Assembly: GCA_034780895.1 (NCBI GenBank)
Contig: JAUZTB010000066.1
Location: 10,272,186-10,336,185 of the forward strand
Reading direction: 5' to 3'
DNA from: Rhynchobatus australiae
Taxonomy: Eukaryota
DNA: 64,000 nucleotides
This document shows, piece after piece, positions 39,362-51,350 of the stretch (its first letter is position 1; every line of letters begins with the position of its first letter). Both the position numbers and the translations under genes were made by a program. The notes beneath the pieces are model-generated. The model worked only from the letters and a program-made list of their open reading frames with translations. It made no database searches and was not told the DNA's origin.

Positions 39362-40670
39362 GTGGAGGCCAGATCATTGGGCGCATTCAAAGAGGAGATA
39401 AACAGAGATCTAATTAGTCAAGGTATCAAGGGTTATGGGGATAAGGCAGGAAATTGGGGTTAAATTTTTTTTGTATTTTTATAAATTTTTAAAAATTTTA
39501 TTTCCCTCTTTCCCCTGCCACTTCTCCCTCTCATTTCCATTTCCATGGAGCAGGCTCAATGGGCCGAGTGGCCTTCTTCTGCTCCCTTATCTTGTGATCT
39601 TGTGAAAATTTACAGAATATTTGTAAGATGTAAAATGCCACAGTTTTGCCACACTAATTGTGATAATCACTACACTAGAGTCTCCCTAATCCGACTTAAT
39701 TATTTTAAAAATTACCTCAGATTGTAGTGTTCTTAAATTAAATGAATGCATGAAACCACTGCAAAAGACACATCATGCAAAATAGTAATTTATCACATGC
39801 TATACAAACAACATTACTACCTGTGGTGAATCCCCAAATCCTGAATATTTAGAAAAGTGTTTGTTTTCAAAATTAAAAAGATGGTCAAACATTCAGGGAT
39901 CCAATCTAATTATAGAATCGCAGACCAATTAGTAAGTTTTTCTGATGACACAAAGATTGGTGGAGTTGTAGGGTAGTGAGGATGGTCGCCTAAGGGACAT
40001 AGATAACTGGAAAGTTGACCAGAGTGGTGGCAGATGGAAATTAATCCAGACAAAAATGTGAGGTAATGCATTTTGGGCCATCTAATACTGGCCACACATG
40101 TGCATTAAATGGCAGGGATCTTAGAAGTGCTAATGTACAGAGGGACTTAAGGGTGCAAGTTCAAAGATCCCTGAAAATAGTGACGGGTGGATAGGGTAGT
40201 AAGGAAGGTGGTTAGCTTGCTCGTCTTCCTAGGCAGGGGTATTGAGTATAAGAGTTGGGGCTCTTATTGCAGCTGTCTTGTTGCAGCTGTACAAGACATT
40301 GGTTACCCCACAGTTGGAATAATGCGTGCAGTTCTGGTCATCACACTATAGAAATGAGATGGTAGCAGTCAGAAGAGTGCAGAAGAGATTCACCAGGAAG
40401 TTGCCTACAATGGAGGGCTTCAGTTACAAGGAAAGAGTGGATAGGTTGCTATTGTTCTCACTGGAGCACAGGAGGCTGAGGGGTGACCTAATTGAGGTTT
40501 ATAAAATTATATGGGGCATAGATAGGATAGATAATCACAGCCTCTTCCCAAGGGTAGGGGAGTCTAAAACTAGTGGATATAGTTTTAAGGTGGGAGAGAG
40601 AATATTTAAAGAAGATCAGAGGGCATGTTTTTCATAAAGTGGATGGTGGTATATAGAACCAGCTATCAGA
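39362..40670 (+). mobile_element. CR1 LINE fragments (3' tail 39362-39600; RT and C-terminus about 39930-40670)
   Basis: SKFSDDTKIGGVV (RT FADD motif) near 39930; ORF 40326-40637 QFWSSHYR..RVQKRFTRKLP..LFSLEHRRLRGDLIEVYKII.GIDR. Confidence 0.9.
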
Positions 40671-41124
40671 NNNNNNNNNNNNNNNNNNNNNNNNNNNNNN
40701 NNNNNNNNNNNNNNNNNNNNNNNNNNNNNNNNNNNNNNNNNNNNNNNNNNNNNNNNNNNNNNNNNNNNNNGCTAACTTTGTATTTGCCTTCTTTACTACT
40801 GACTCACCTGTAGGTTACCTTGTCATCGAATGCATTACCTTTTGAAGTATAATTACCACTGTAATGAAGGAAACATTATTATCCATTTGTTTACAGCAAG
40901 TTCTAGCTAATGCTGATAATGTAAGCAATAGATAATCTGGTCTTTAATGATGCAGTTTAGAGAAAACTACTGGTCAGAGCACCAGAAGCAGCTCCCCTAA
41001 TCCTCGTTAAGGTAATCAGATCTACTGACCCGCTCCTGAGAGTTTAACATTTCATCCCACTTCAACAGTGCACCACTCCTGCAGCACTGCATCGAAGTGT
41101 CAGCCGAGATTTTTGTGTTCTCAA

Positions 41125-41530
41125 GTTTTGTTTTTGACTGAATTATTTGGGATTATTGGAGAAAAAGATATAACTTTGGAGGCTTCTGACCTATACATTC
41201 TGGCTTTTATTTCTCTTATAGCCAGGAGGGCTGTGTTGCTTAAATGGAAGGAAGTCACTCTGCCTACTCATGTTCAATGGTTATGAGATGTGATGTCATA
41301 CCTAAATTTAGAGAAGATCCGTTGTTCAATTTCTGAATCTAACTTTAGATTTTCAAATGCTGTGGGGACCTTTTTTGAATTATTTTCAAAACCTTTAATT
41401 TGGTGGCTAAAATACAGACATTGGCTGGTATCACCATGTGTCAAGGGTTTTTTTTTGTCCTTTCCTTTATCAAACAGTTTTGGTTTTGGTAGTAGGTTTA
41501 GATTTTTTTATAATAAAATTATTTCAATTT
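41125..41530 (+). mobile_element. L1-clade LINE ORF2 C-terminal/3' fragment just upstream of the AKAP10 promoter
   Basis: LFGII...SLIARRAVLLKWKEVTLPTHVQWL*DVMSYLNLEKIR resembles the fish-type L1 ORF2p C-terminus; AATAAA near 41512. Confidence 0.8.
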
Positions 41531-41758
41531 ATCAATATCAATTTCTTTTTTTTTACCATTTCTCAGGGTTACCGCGTTTTCTAACAGTAATTATTATATA
41601 AACTATTTACAAACTATATACATATGATCTGTGAACTGCCTGAAAGTACATTAGCTTGTGACTGGAAATATAGGAATTCAACTAACCAGGATCCAGGGTC
41701 CCCTGTCCCATGGGCCTCCCATTGCCGGGAGCGAGAATCTACCCATGACGCTGCGCGG

Positions 41759-41832
41759 TCGGCTCCTTTCGGCGTTATTTGGTCACCTTCGGCTCTGTTC
41801 GGTCCTAATCGGTCACCTTCGGCTCTCCTCGG
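41759..41832 (+). repeat. 10-bp-periodic TCGG array with a 30-bp higher-order unit
   Basis: Units ggctcctttc ggcgttattt ggtcaccttc ggctctgttc ggtcctaatc ggtcaccttc ggctctcctc gg. TCGG occurs at 7 of 8 consecutive 10-bp positions. Confidence 0.9.
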
Positions 41833-41986
41833 AGGATGGCCGCGGATAGGGACTATGAGGAGGAGGAGGAAGTGTTGGTTTGACAGCTCCTTCTTTCCTT
41901 CTCGAATAATGAATGAAGCCAGCTTCGAGCCACCGGCGGCTATGCACTGAAAGACCGGCGGCCCGGTTTCCTGCACCGTCCCGAAC

Positions 41987-42008
41987 ATGTCATTTTTTAG
42001 GCGAAAAG
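41987..42008 (+). CDS. AKAP10: AKAP10 (D-AKAP2) coding exon 1
   Basis: aacATGTCATTTTTTAGGCGAAAAG|GTAAGG encodes MSFFRRK followed by a strong phase-1 donor. Matches the recalled MSFFRRK of vertebrate AKAP10 and lies in a CpG island. Confidence 0.88.
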
Positions 42009-43059
42009 GTAAGGGGAAGGGAAGCGGGCTTGGTGACGGGGAGGCGGCAGAGCAGGCCCTGCTGCTGGGGGGTAGGCCTCCCAGAACCGGCTGCTACCCC
42101 GCAGACAACACCCTCTCTCCGGACCGGCGTGCTGAGCAGACCAGTTTTATTTACCAATATGCTGACGTCCTGTTACCTTCTTGCTGATGCGCTGTGCATT
42201 CCAGTAGGTTTCTCAAACAGAAATATCCTTCCTCCAATTTTAATATATGGAAATTAACCTGAGAATTTCAACTCATTAAGCACCGCAAAAACTTCAGGGT
42301 CTCTGCGATCCCTGCTTAATATTGTAATGCAATTTAATTGACTGTATTTAGTTGCAACTTAAATAACAACAGTTATTATTATGTATGTCACTGAAGCGTT
42401 GTTGCTTTAAGATGTGGGTTGAGGGGAATGTAATGAATTAAGGTGCCAGATATTGGACGCTTCAAAACACTGAGCCAAGACTGGATTGCATAAACGTTAA
42501 ATGAAGCATGGCTTGTATGTGCAATTTACTTACCTCACCTGTCCAAGATAGAAATAAGATAATTTCTCCTTTTTATTATTTTAATAGGTTACGATGAAGA
42601 ACTTCATGTGCTTTATATTCCAAATATCAATAAATTCGTTGGCTCTCAGTCAAGATTTTTGTGGAGCACCACAAATGATGTATACCCTGTACTTCAGCTG
42701 ACCATAAACCTTGAACTAAATTATAATCTATCCGTTCCTGGACAAACGGTGAATACTAAATTGACGAACCTGTGGTTGTAGATGCCAAAAGAGTTCATGA
42801 GTACAATTCTACTCTTTCTCAATGTTACAAGTTATCTAACACTCTTCCACTCGGGTCAGTTTGCACACGTGACAGTGGGAACTAACATAGAATGTGAATT
42901 ACTTTGGACATTTTGTGAGAGACTTGATAAATACAAGTTCTTCTCACTGGTTGCGTTTCTGTCCAAACGATAACCCTTGGCTCTGTGTGTCATTTTCAAC
43001 TATGTTATGGTTGTTGCTCCAGAGATCTAAATGCAGGGTCTAGGTTAATGAAAGAATGA

Positions 43060-44590
43060 TGTGAATCTCTGTGCTTAATGCAGCAAAACATTAAAAGGCA
43101 TTTACAAACAAAAATCAACCAAGCCAATGAGATGGATACTTGATCAGATGATAAATGATAGTTGTTAAGAAAAATCATGTTTGAGGATAATAAAGCAGTG
43201 AGGCTTTGGGACAGAATCCTCGAGCTTGGCAGTTGAAGGCATGGCTGAATATAAAGAAGCTATTTCAATTTAAGTCTAAAATAGGAAGGGTGCAGATTTC
43301 TCAGGTGGTTGTACAGTTAGAGGATTTTGAAATCAAGTATGTTAATTTTAAGATGAGTTTGTTAAACCAGAGTGGGTCAGCAAGCTTGGGCGAATAGGAT
43401 ATCGGGCACACGAAGCAAATTAAATGACATTGGGTTTATGGAGGATAGAATGAGGGAGGCTAGCTCAGAGCATATTGAAAGAGAGGAGTCAAAAATAACA
43501 AAGATGCTGATGAGGGCTTCAGCAACGGATGAGGTGGCAGAATCATAGTCATACAGTTTGGAAATAGGTCCTTTGGCTCACCGAGTCCGTGCTGACCATT
43601 GAGCACCCATTTACACTAATCCCATTTCTCTTCTCCCCACATTCCCATCAACCCCCTTAGATTCCACCACTCACTTCCACACTAGGGTCAATTTACACTG
43701 GCCAATTAACCTACCAACCAGCATGTCTTTGAGATGTGGGATGAAACTGGAGCATCCTGGGGGAAATCCACATGTTCACAGGGAGAACATGCAAACTTCA
43801 TGTAGTCAGCCCTGGAGGTCAGAATCAAATGTAGGGTCACTGGAGCTGTGAGGCTGTGGCTTTGCTAGCTGCATCACTGTACCGCCCGGTGATGCTAGAA
43901 GTATGGTTTTGATATGGTGAGGGCATGGAAGTATTGTCTGCAGTTCACCTTGGGGGTCAAATGTGACATCACGTTTGTGAACAGTTTGGTTCAGTTTTAG
44001 ACCTTGCCTGAAAGAGGGATGGAATCAGTGGTTAGAAGATAGGATTTGCAATAGAATCTGAAGGCAACAGCTTCAGATTTTACAATGCTTAGTTCAGGAC
44101 ATTTCTGCTCATCCAGTACAAATGTCCACAAAATAGTTAGACTATATTGAGAGAGAATAGGATCAGAGGAGGTGGAGCTGAAGTATTGATTGGTATTCTC
44201 AGTGTACATGTAGAGACTGATAATTTATTTGGATAAAGCTGCCAGGGGTCTGAAGTCAGATGAGAAAGAATAGATAATGGTACTGCTACAGGAAGATAAA
44301 CTATTGCTGTTGAGTCTCTTGCTATGACTGGGTAGATAAGAATGGGTTTGAGCGGGAACAGTCCCACCCTATTGAATGATGGTGGAGTAACCTCATAGGA
44401 GGTGCTTAATCATGTCAAAGACTTTATGCAAGTTGAGGAAAAATAGGAAGGGAGAGATGACCTTTATTACAATAACGTAAGATGTCATTTGTGACTTTGA
44501 AGAGTGATGTTTCATTCCCATGTTATTTGGAAACCTGATCAGGGGATTCAAAAATGTAACTCTGACAATTTGGGCATGTCTTATGTCAAG
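43060..44590 (-). mobile_element. L2 LINE fragment with a V-SINE (-) inserted at about 43540-43888
   Basis: ORF 44393-44662 contains RT-like FLNLHKVFDMIKHLL (compare LLDLSAAFDTVDH); the insert has cagggagaacatgcaaact, a reverse V-domain. Confidence 0.7.
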
Positions 44591-44839
44591 CATTTTTTTA
44601 AAATCCCAGGAACAGGATGAAAATTTGGAGAAGAAAGGACAGCATGAGAACTGTATTAACACTTAAAAACAGTTATTGACTTGCTGTGCATGGGCTCTTG
44701 CCATGCACAGCAAGATGACCATATTTCCAACAGTGGTCGTTTCAGCTATGATTAACTGGGAAATTTAAATTGTTGTATTTTTTAAAAGTTATCTGCAAGC
44801 TTAGTGTCATATTTAACCTCCAGATAAACCTTGAACCAA

Positions 44840-45340
44840 CGATTTATCTGTACTTGCAGAATGCCTCTGTAACGTGGCTGGCCTCCACCCTGTTTCAGTT
44901 CAACTGTCTCTGAAATCTTTGGCCATATTTTCATTGTTTTGTGGTGTCTTAAAGTGCTGCTGGCAGCCTCCCATCTCTTCTGCTCCACAAACTTGAACTG
45001 TAGAGAAACATTGTTCATTCATCACTCTTGTGTTTGTGTACCTACTTTGGATCCCTGCTCAGCAATGCCTCAGTTTTAACATTCTTGTTAATATTTTTAA
45101 AATCCTTTCATGGCCTCACCTCTATGAACTACAACTCTCCCAGTCTGTGCTGCTCTCTTTTATGTCCCCATTTTAATTTTTTTAACGATTGGTCAGGTTT
45201 TAACTGTTTATGCTGTGGAATTCCAAGCATAAGCTTCTTTGCCCCTCTAATTCTGTCTCCTTAAATACACTGAAATATATTTTGATCAAGCTTTAAATCA
45301 TTATTCTTAATATTTTTGTGGCTTTGTATTGAAGGTATGG
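44840..45340 (+). mobile_element. L2 3' fragment
   Basis: catcactcttgtg..cagttttaacattcttgttaatatttttaaaatcctttcatggcctcacc resembles L2 HITPVL..LHWLPV..FKILILVFKSLHGL. Confidence 0.55.
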
Positions 45341-46399
45341 CTGAATGGTGTGCACAGCTAACATGCCCTCTGGGTGGGATGGACCATTTGGTCCACATGT
45401 CCTCTCTTCGTCTCAAATCTTTCTGCTCTCTAAAAGTGTTGTGTATTTAGGCCAATCCCCTAGGTCTCTCTGTACACTTTTAAACAATTTATCTGCTTTT
45501 TCAAACAACTATTACAGATCTTATTTCTACTCTCATTTCCTTAAGTATTCTCAACTTCCCACATTTTACAACTGTGCCCTATGTAAAATCATGTTCTATC
45601 CTGTTGAGTTTAATTAGGACTCCGTAATGTATGTCCAGTATTATACAGCTTTCTGAGGTCTGTGTGAAAGGGCCACTTGAGAGACTCAGCTAGAGAATTT
45701 CAAAGATCATTTGTGGAACTTATTGTTGCGAACCAATCTTTGACATAACCTCATACATGTGCTGTGTTTTTTCAATCTAACCAAGGGCATAAAGTCCTCT
45801 TCTATTCAGCAGAACCTAATAGGAGCTAATCCATGGAATAATACTTGTACAGGAATGAATTAACTACCTAGTATGGACTTTAAAGAAGGAAAACCTGCCT
45901 GATAATTTTTTTTTCCCCTTTTAGGACTGCAGATACTGTAGTCTAAGTAGATATAGGAGTGACATGATTCTTAAAATTCTTAGTCATCACAGAAATATAT
46001 TTAGTCACAAATAATTCAAAAACAGATTGTTTTTATGTTAGGTTATCCCTTAATTAGTGATTAATATTTGTGTTGACAAAGTTACTCGATGCTTTCTAAT
46101 ACCTACTTCCCCAAAAGGATTGATTTCTTTAATCATAATGTAGGCAATGTTACACAAAAAATTAAAATAATCTACCAATTTTCTGAAAAAATATGAAATG
46201 TATTTTCAATTGTGAGGGAGGGCAAGTAAACAACAGACTTCAACAGCCCATCAGTGTGCTTACAATCTCTGTAAGGCGAGACTCTCATTATTTTTACCTT
46301 GCTAATGCTGATTTTTGCTCTGAAAATGATCTGTCCTGTACAAAAGAGAGATTCCCATTTATACAGTGCATTATGGTCTTGTAGTCAATGAAATACTTT

Positions 46400-46740
46400 T
46401 AGCCATAGTTGTATTATAGGAAATGCAGCATCTTATTTGCATTACAAAAAGGTCAACCACCCAGATCCTATGACCAGGGAATTTGTGTTTTTTGTGAAGT
46501 TGGAGGATAAATGTTGGACAGAGAACTGAGGATAACTCCACTGCTCTTCTTCGAAGCAGTTCATGGAACTTTTGCATCTGTCTGAGAAAGCAAAAGAGGC
46601 CTCAGAAATCACAGTTGGAAAATGTATATATAATACTGCAACCTCCTTTGAAGCATGAACATAAATTATCTGTCCGATTCTTTAGAATCTAGCCCAAGCC
46701 CATAACTTCCTGACTTGGGTGACCACTGTGCAAACCAACT
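46400..46740 (-). mobile_element. Deu-domain SINE (SacSINE1/AmnSINE1 superfamily)
   Basis: Reverse complement gaggcctc..ctcagacagatgcaaaagttccatgaactgcttcgaagaagagcagtggagttatcctcagttctctgtccaacatttatcctccaac resembles the recalled Deu core (GATCCCATGGCACTATTTCGAAGAAGAGCAGGGGAGTTCTCCC..GTCCTGGCCAATATTTATCCCTCAAC). Weaker copies near 38270-38440 (+) and 40850-41120 (-). Confidence 0.75.
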
Positions 46741-48929
46741 GAACCATGAATAACCGGAAACATCAGAAACTTTTCTTGTTGCTACCACATTGCTTTCCAA
46801 AGCAGAAATTCAAGAAATATACACATATACTGCACCTAAAGAGCAAAATATTCACAGAGGTTGGCATGCTTTCCTGGAAATAGGAAACATTGCATTACAG
46901 GTGCAATAAATGTATTTCATGGGTTTAAAAACATAGGCCTTTTTCTTTTTAAAAAAAATCCTTCCTAAAGTGTACCCAATTGCATTGAGGTGCATATCCT
47001 TGGAAGGTGACAAATAGGTCTTAGTTCTAGGTATAGAACTTCTGGGAGGCTTGGATGGAAAGTAATGATTTGTGTTCAACAACTACTTGTGTTTATATAG
47101 TACCTTTTAATGTAGTAAAATAAGCAGTTACTCCACTTCCCTGGAGTATTATCATTAAAAAGTTAGGAGCAGGAATCACACCTGGTGTGTATCATTATCC
47201 TTAGAAGTGATTAAAAACGTGTGCTAATCGGTTAGAGATGTAATACGCAGTCAAATCTCACTTATGAAGAGGTGAACGAATCTTCAGAATCTCAAGCAAT
47301 GCAGGTGTAGAGATTGCAATAAATAGAGGCCTTTAAAGTACTAAATAATGTCAATCATGAGGCTTGCTTCAAATGAATATAGCAAAATGAAGTCAAACTA
47401 GAACCATATATGAAGTAAATTGAACCAAATATTGTTTTTTTAAAATTTAAAATGTGATAAATGCTTGGAACGATCTACTTGAGGCTATAGAAACAGAAGG
47501 GTTTGCTCATGTAGCATAGTGGCCATTTTAGTGTCCTTGACTTTTCCTGTGCTTTTTATGAAATCAGTTCCCTGTGATATTATCATACACTTAAATGCTC
47601 TGCATCTGGGTGCTGATGAAATGACGTGGAACTGCTCAAGGCAGATGCTTCATAAATATAGTACACAATGACCTTGTAGCTAAATTTGTCATTGTAAATT
47701 CTATGATGGGTGGATAATTCAAGCAGAAAAATAGAACATAATAGAATTGTTCAAATTTGAAGTGATGAAGGATCTTGATGGTTGATTTTTTTTCACAAAA
47801 CAAAATACTTGCTCAGATTGCTATGAACAACGAAGTCAAAAGATTGAAATCTGCAGTACTAAAGTTATTACTCTAGGGTGGGTGGAGGAGAAATTAACAC
47901 CTAACCTTGGTTCCCAAGTTCCATAACATGAATATACTTGGATGCCATTGCACACCTTGTTAACGGATATTTTCCATAAGATATAAATGGCAAATAGTGA
48001 CCAAGTCAGTTGGGACAGAATCTGTTTTGACAAGCTATGGATTGTGGCTCTAACCCTCTGTTATTGATGCACTTCTCATCCTGGCCTGATGCTGAGAACT
48101 TGGGATTTTCCTCTACCTCTTTTCGTTATCCATCACTCAGTTTCAGTTGTGAGTTTGTTACCAACCTCTTACCTATAAAACTGTTCTAAAGTATGAAGAA
48201 ATGCTTCCAACTGGAATCTTTCCTCTTACTGTTTTCAACCCATGTCTCCATGTCTTGTGCCATTATTATAAAAATGCTTACAAGTATTTTTTCTATTGTA
48301 ATCAGCATTTTGTATTTTAATAGATTCCCTTTCATTTGCTTTGCATTGATACTGAAGAGCCCAGGTTCTAGAGTTTTTGTTTGGAAATGGTNNNNNNNNN
48401 NNNTCCGTGAGAGTTCTATGGCTGTGCAGTTGTCATTGATAGAGATCTCCTGCCTTTTATAGAAATACAGCTGAGTATTGTGGAATTTCCAATACCACCT
48501 TCACACAATTACAGTCATAACTTCATATTCTAAATCAAGAATGGTTTTCTTTTATTCCTTATTAATTATTGCTTCTAGCTTTCTCTGTTATCTAAATATA
48601 TGGCAAATAATAATTATTCTATGCACTACTTTGAAAGAAACAGAGCAGATTTGTGGTAGTTTTAATTTCTAAATTTTTTATAGTTTGGAAGAGACTTTTT
48701 ATTATGTGCAGTTTTCTTGCAAACCAAATGATTTCCATGAACTCTGTACCTGGAACTCTACCCTGAAGAACCCTATCAACAATGATATTCAGCTTACTGC
48801 TTCAATATTTTTTCCTTCAACTTACGGTCAGAAATGACTTGAAAGCTGCCCTCCAATAATGAAGCCATGCAAGAAGGCCTCAACTGTATTCAATCTTCGA
48901 CTATTAAATGGGAAATAATATTTGTGCTC

Positions 48930-49570
48930 CACAAGTGCCTGATACTGACCACCTCCAACAGAGAGTCTAGTCACCTCTTTGTGACGTATCCTCCAGTATC
49001 AATATCTCAGAGGTCACCATAAACCAGAAATGTAATTCAACTAGCAATAGGCATTCTAAAGTAAGTGACTCATCTCAAGACTTTCCAAAACCTTTCCACA
49101 GTTAACAAGGGGAAGAGAGATTTTAAAAACTCTCCACTTGCCTTGATGGACACGGCTTCAACAAACTTGAGAAGCTTAAGTTATCTTTATCTGTTACTTT
49201 AAACATTCCCTCCCTTCATCACAATGGAGCCTGGACCTGAGTGTACAAGATGCACTGCAGCATCTTGACAGGGGTTCCTTGATAGCATCTCCTGCCTTAG
49301 TATCCCTAGACTTAGATGGACAAAGGCAGTTGATACAGTGGAACACCAATGCCAGTAAGATCCCCCTCAGTGTCAGGCAATGGTCTCACTTGGAAATACA
49401 GTATATTATGATCTTGTATTGTCACTTGAGCCCAAATACTGGCATTTCTTATCAATATAGCATTTTAGTATTCCTTTGTTGCGCAGGCTGCAGTAATTTG
49501 AGATGGTGGCTCACAGAATAATTGGGATGGGTAGTAATACTGACCTTGCTGGTGAATATTACAATCTTTG
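48930..49570 (+). mobile_element. Degenerate non-LTR retrotransposon 3' region sharing its tail with family-B SINEs
   Basis: tcccttcatcac..tacaagatgcactgcagc (SLHH...YKMHC-like) ending in gggatgggtagtaatactgaccttgctggtga. Confidence 0.45.
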
Positions 49571-49799
49571 GGCAAATAATAAGAAAAAAATCGGTTGAGT
49601 TTTAAAGGGAAGTAATATTCACAGATCATTGTTGAATCAACACAGTTTATGTTTTGTTGTTTACAGGAAAATAAAGACCTGCTGGTCTATATCTTAGATT
49701 TATTTCTTCTTAGCATTTGGGCAAACTGGTATGTTTACAACAAAGAGAAGCTGAACAATTGGTAAATTTCATCTAATTACTTGCATTCAACTTTCAAAT

Positions 49800-51350
49800 C
49801 TTCTCTGGCCATAGGAGAGGTGCAAGGTGACTAGAGGACAGTGAATGCCTTACTTTTATTCATGAAGGGCAGCAGGGATAAGCTTAGTAATTACAGACTG
49901 GTGAGCCCATCAGTGGTAGGAAAATTATTGGAAAGGATGAATCTGCATGTGGGGAGGCAGGTATTAATTATGGATAGTCAGTATGGCCTTGAGTGGAGAT
50001 CCTGCCTGATGAATTTGATTTATTTTTTTTGAAGAGGTGAATTAGTGTGGTTGATGCAGTCTATGTGGACTTGAGCAAGACCTTTTGATAAGGTCCCACA
50101 TGGGAAACTGGTGCTAAAGATACAAGCCCACGAGATCCTGGGCAATTTAGTAAATTGGATCCGAAACTGGCTTGGTTATAAGAGGTAGGGAGTGATGGTC
50201 GAGAGTTTTATTTGCGACTGAAAGTCTGTGGCTGGCTGCACAGCTACTAGAGCTGCTATCTCATAGCTTTATTGACCCAGGTTCAGTCCTGTACCATGAT
50301 ACTGCTGCGCGGAGTTTTCACATTCTCACTGTAACCATTTGTTTTCCTCGAGCATTCTGTTTTTTTCCCACATCCCAAAGATGTATGGCTTGGTGGGTTA
50401 ATAAGCCTGTGTAAATTGTGCCTAGTGTGTAGGTAAGGGCTAGAACCTAGAGCGGGGAGGTGCGGTTGATTGGAATGTGGGAGAGAATAAGTTGCAGGGA
50501 AAATTAGATTGGGAATAGGATTGCTCTGTGACCTTAACCGGCCTCCTCTGTCATTTGGAACTGTGGATTGGTGCTGAACTATTGCTGTTTGTTGTAAATG
50601 TTAAATAATGTGAATGTAGGAGGTACAATTAGTAAGCTTGCATTTGACTTGAAGATTAGCTGTGTTGTTAATGGTGTGGATGGTTGTCAATGGCTACAGA
50701 ACAATATTTGATGAGATGGTAAAATGGGCAGAGCAATGGCAGATGGAATTTAATTGTGAAAAATGGGAGATAGCCTTCATTATTCAAAGGGATAGAATAT
50801 AAGAACAGGTGGATTATGTATGAAATTAGTTAGGCCACAGCTGGAATACTGTGTGCAGTTTTGGTCACTACGCTATAGGAAGGATATGATTGTACTGGAG
50901 TGGGTACAGAGGAGATGCACCAGAATGTTGCCTGGGATAGCAGAGAGACTAGAAAGGCTGAGATGTTTACTTTGGAGCAGAGAAGACTGCAGGAGGGACC
51001 TTTATTAAGGTATTCAGAATTGTGAGGGACAGAGTTAAGGTACATAATGAGAAACTTTTCCCCTTGGGAAAGGTGTCTCTTAACAGAATCTATACTCTTA
51101 AGGTCGAGTAGGAGATTTAAAGGGGATGAAGAATTTTTTTCTCTGAGGGTAGTTGAAATCTAGAATGCGCTGCATTGAGGGGTGTTGGAGGCATGTACTT
51201 GCACAACATTTAAGAAGTATTTAGATCGGCACTTGAAATGCCAGGGCATAGAAGGCTAAGAACTAAGTCCTGGAAATTGGAATTGTTATAGATAGGTACT
51301 AAATGACCCAGACAGGCACCACTGGACCCTGGGATGGCTTTCCTTGATGC
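49800..51350 (+). mobile_element. CR1 LINE RT remnant with a V-SINE (+) inserted at about 50235-50555
   Basis: NYRLVS..SVVGKLLE, RSCLMNL..FF, FDKVPH-like, [31 protein letters not shown]; the insert has gacccaggttcagtcctg..ggagttttcacattctc..catcccaaagatg. Confidence 0.9.

Larger units (their letters stand above)
41700..42200 (+). promoter_or_regulatory. CpG island/promoter and 5' UTR of AKAP10
   Basis: Dense CpG. Half-CRE TGACG near 41746, YY1-like ATGGCCGC at 41836, ETS-like GGAAGTG near 41868. Surrounds coding exon 1. Confidence 0.75.

Noticed and set aside
2344-39417. Long ORFs rich in X (for example 38538-39401, 19182-19898, 2344-2976)
   Set aside because: They are open only because they run through N gaps.
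41759-41832. Periodic array as a CRISPR-like repeat-spacer locus
   Set aside because: The period is only 10 bp, the context is a vertebrate promoter and there are no cas genes.
41614-42257. ORFs 41614-41988 (-), 41624-41950 (+) and full-length 41987-42187 as genes
   Set aside because: CpG-island ORFs. The GKGKGSG after MSFFRRK is intron sequence past the GTAAGG donor, and its likeness to AKAP10 exon 2 is treated as coincidental.
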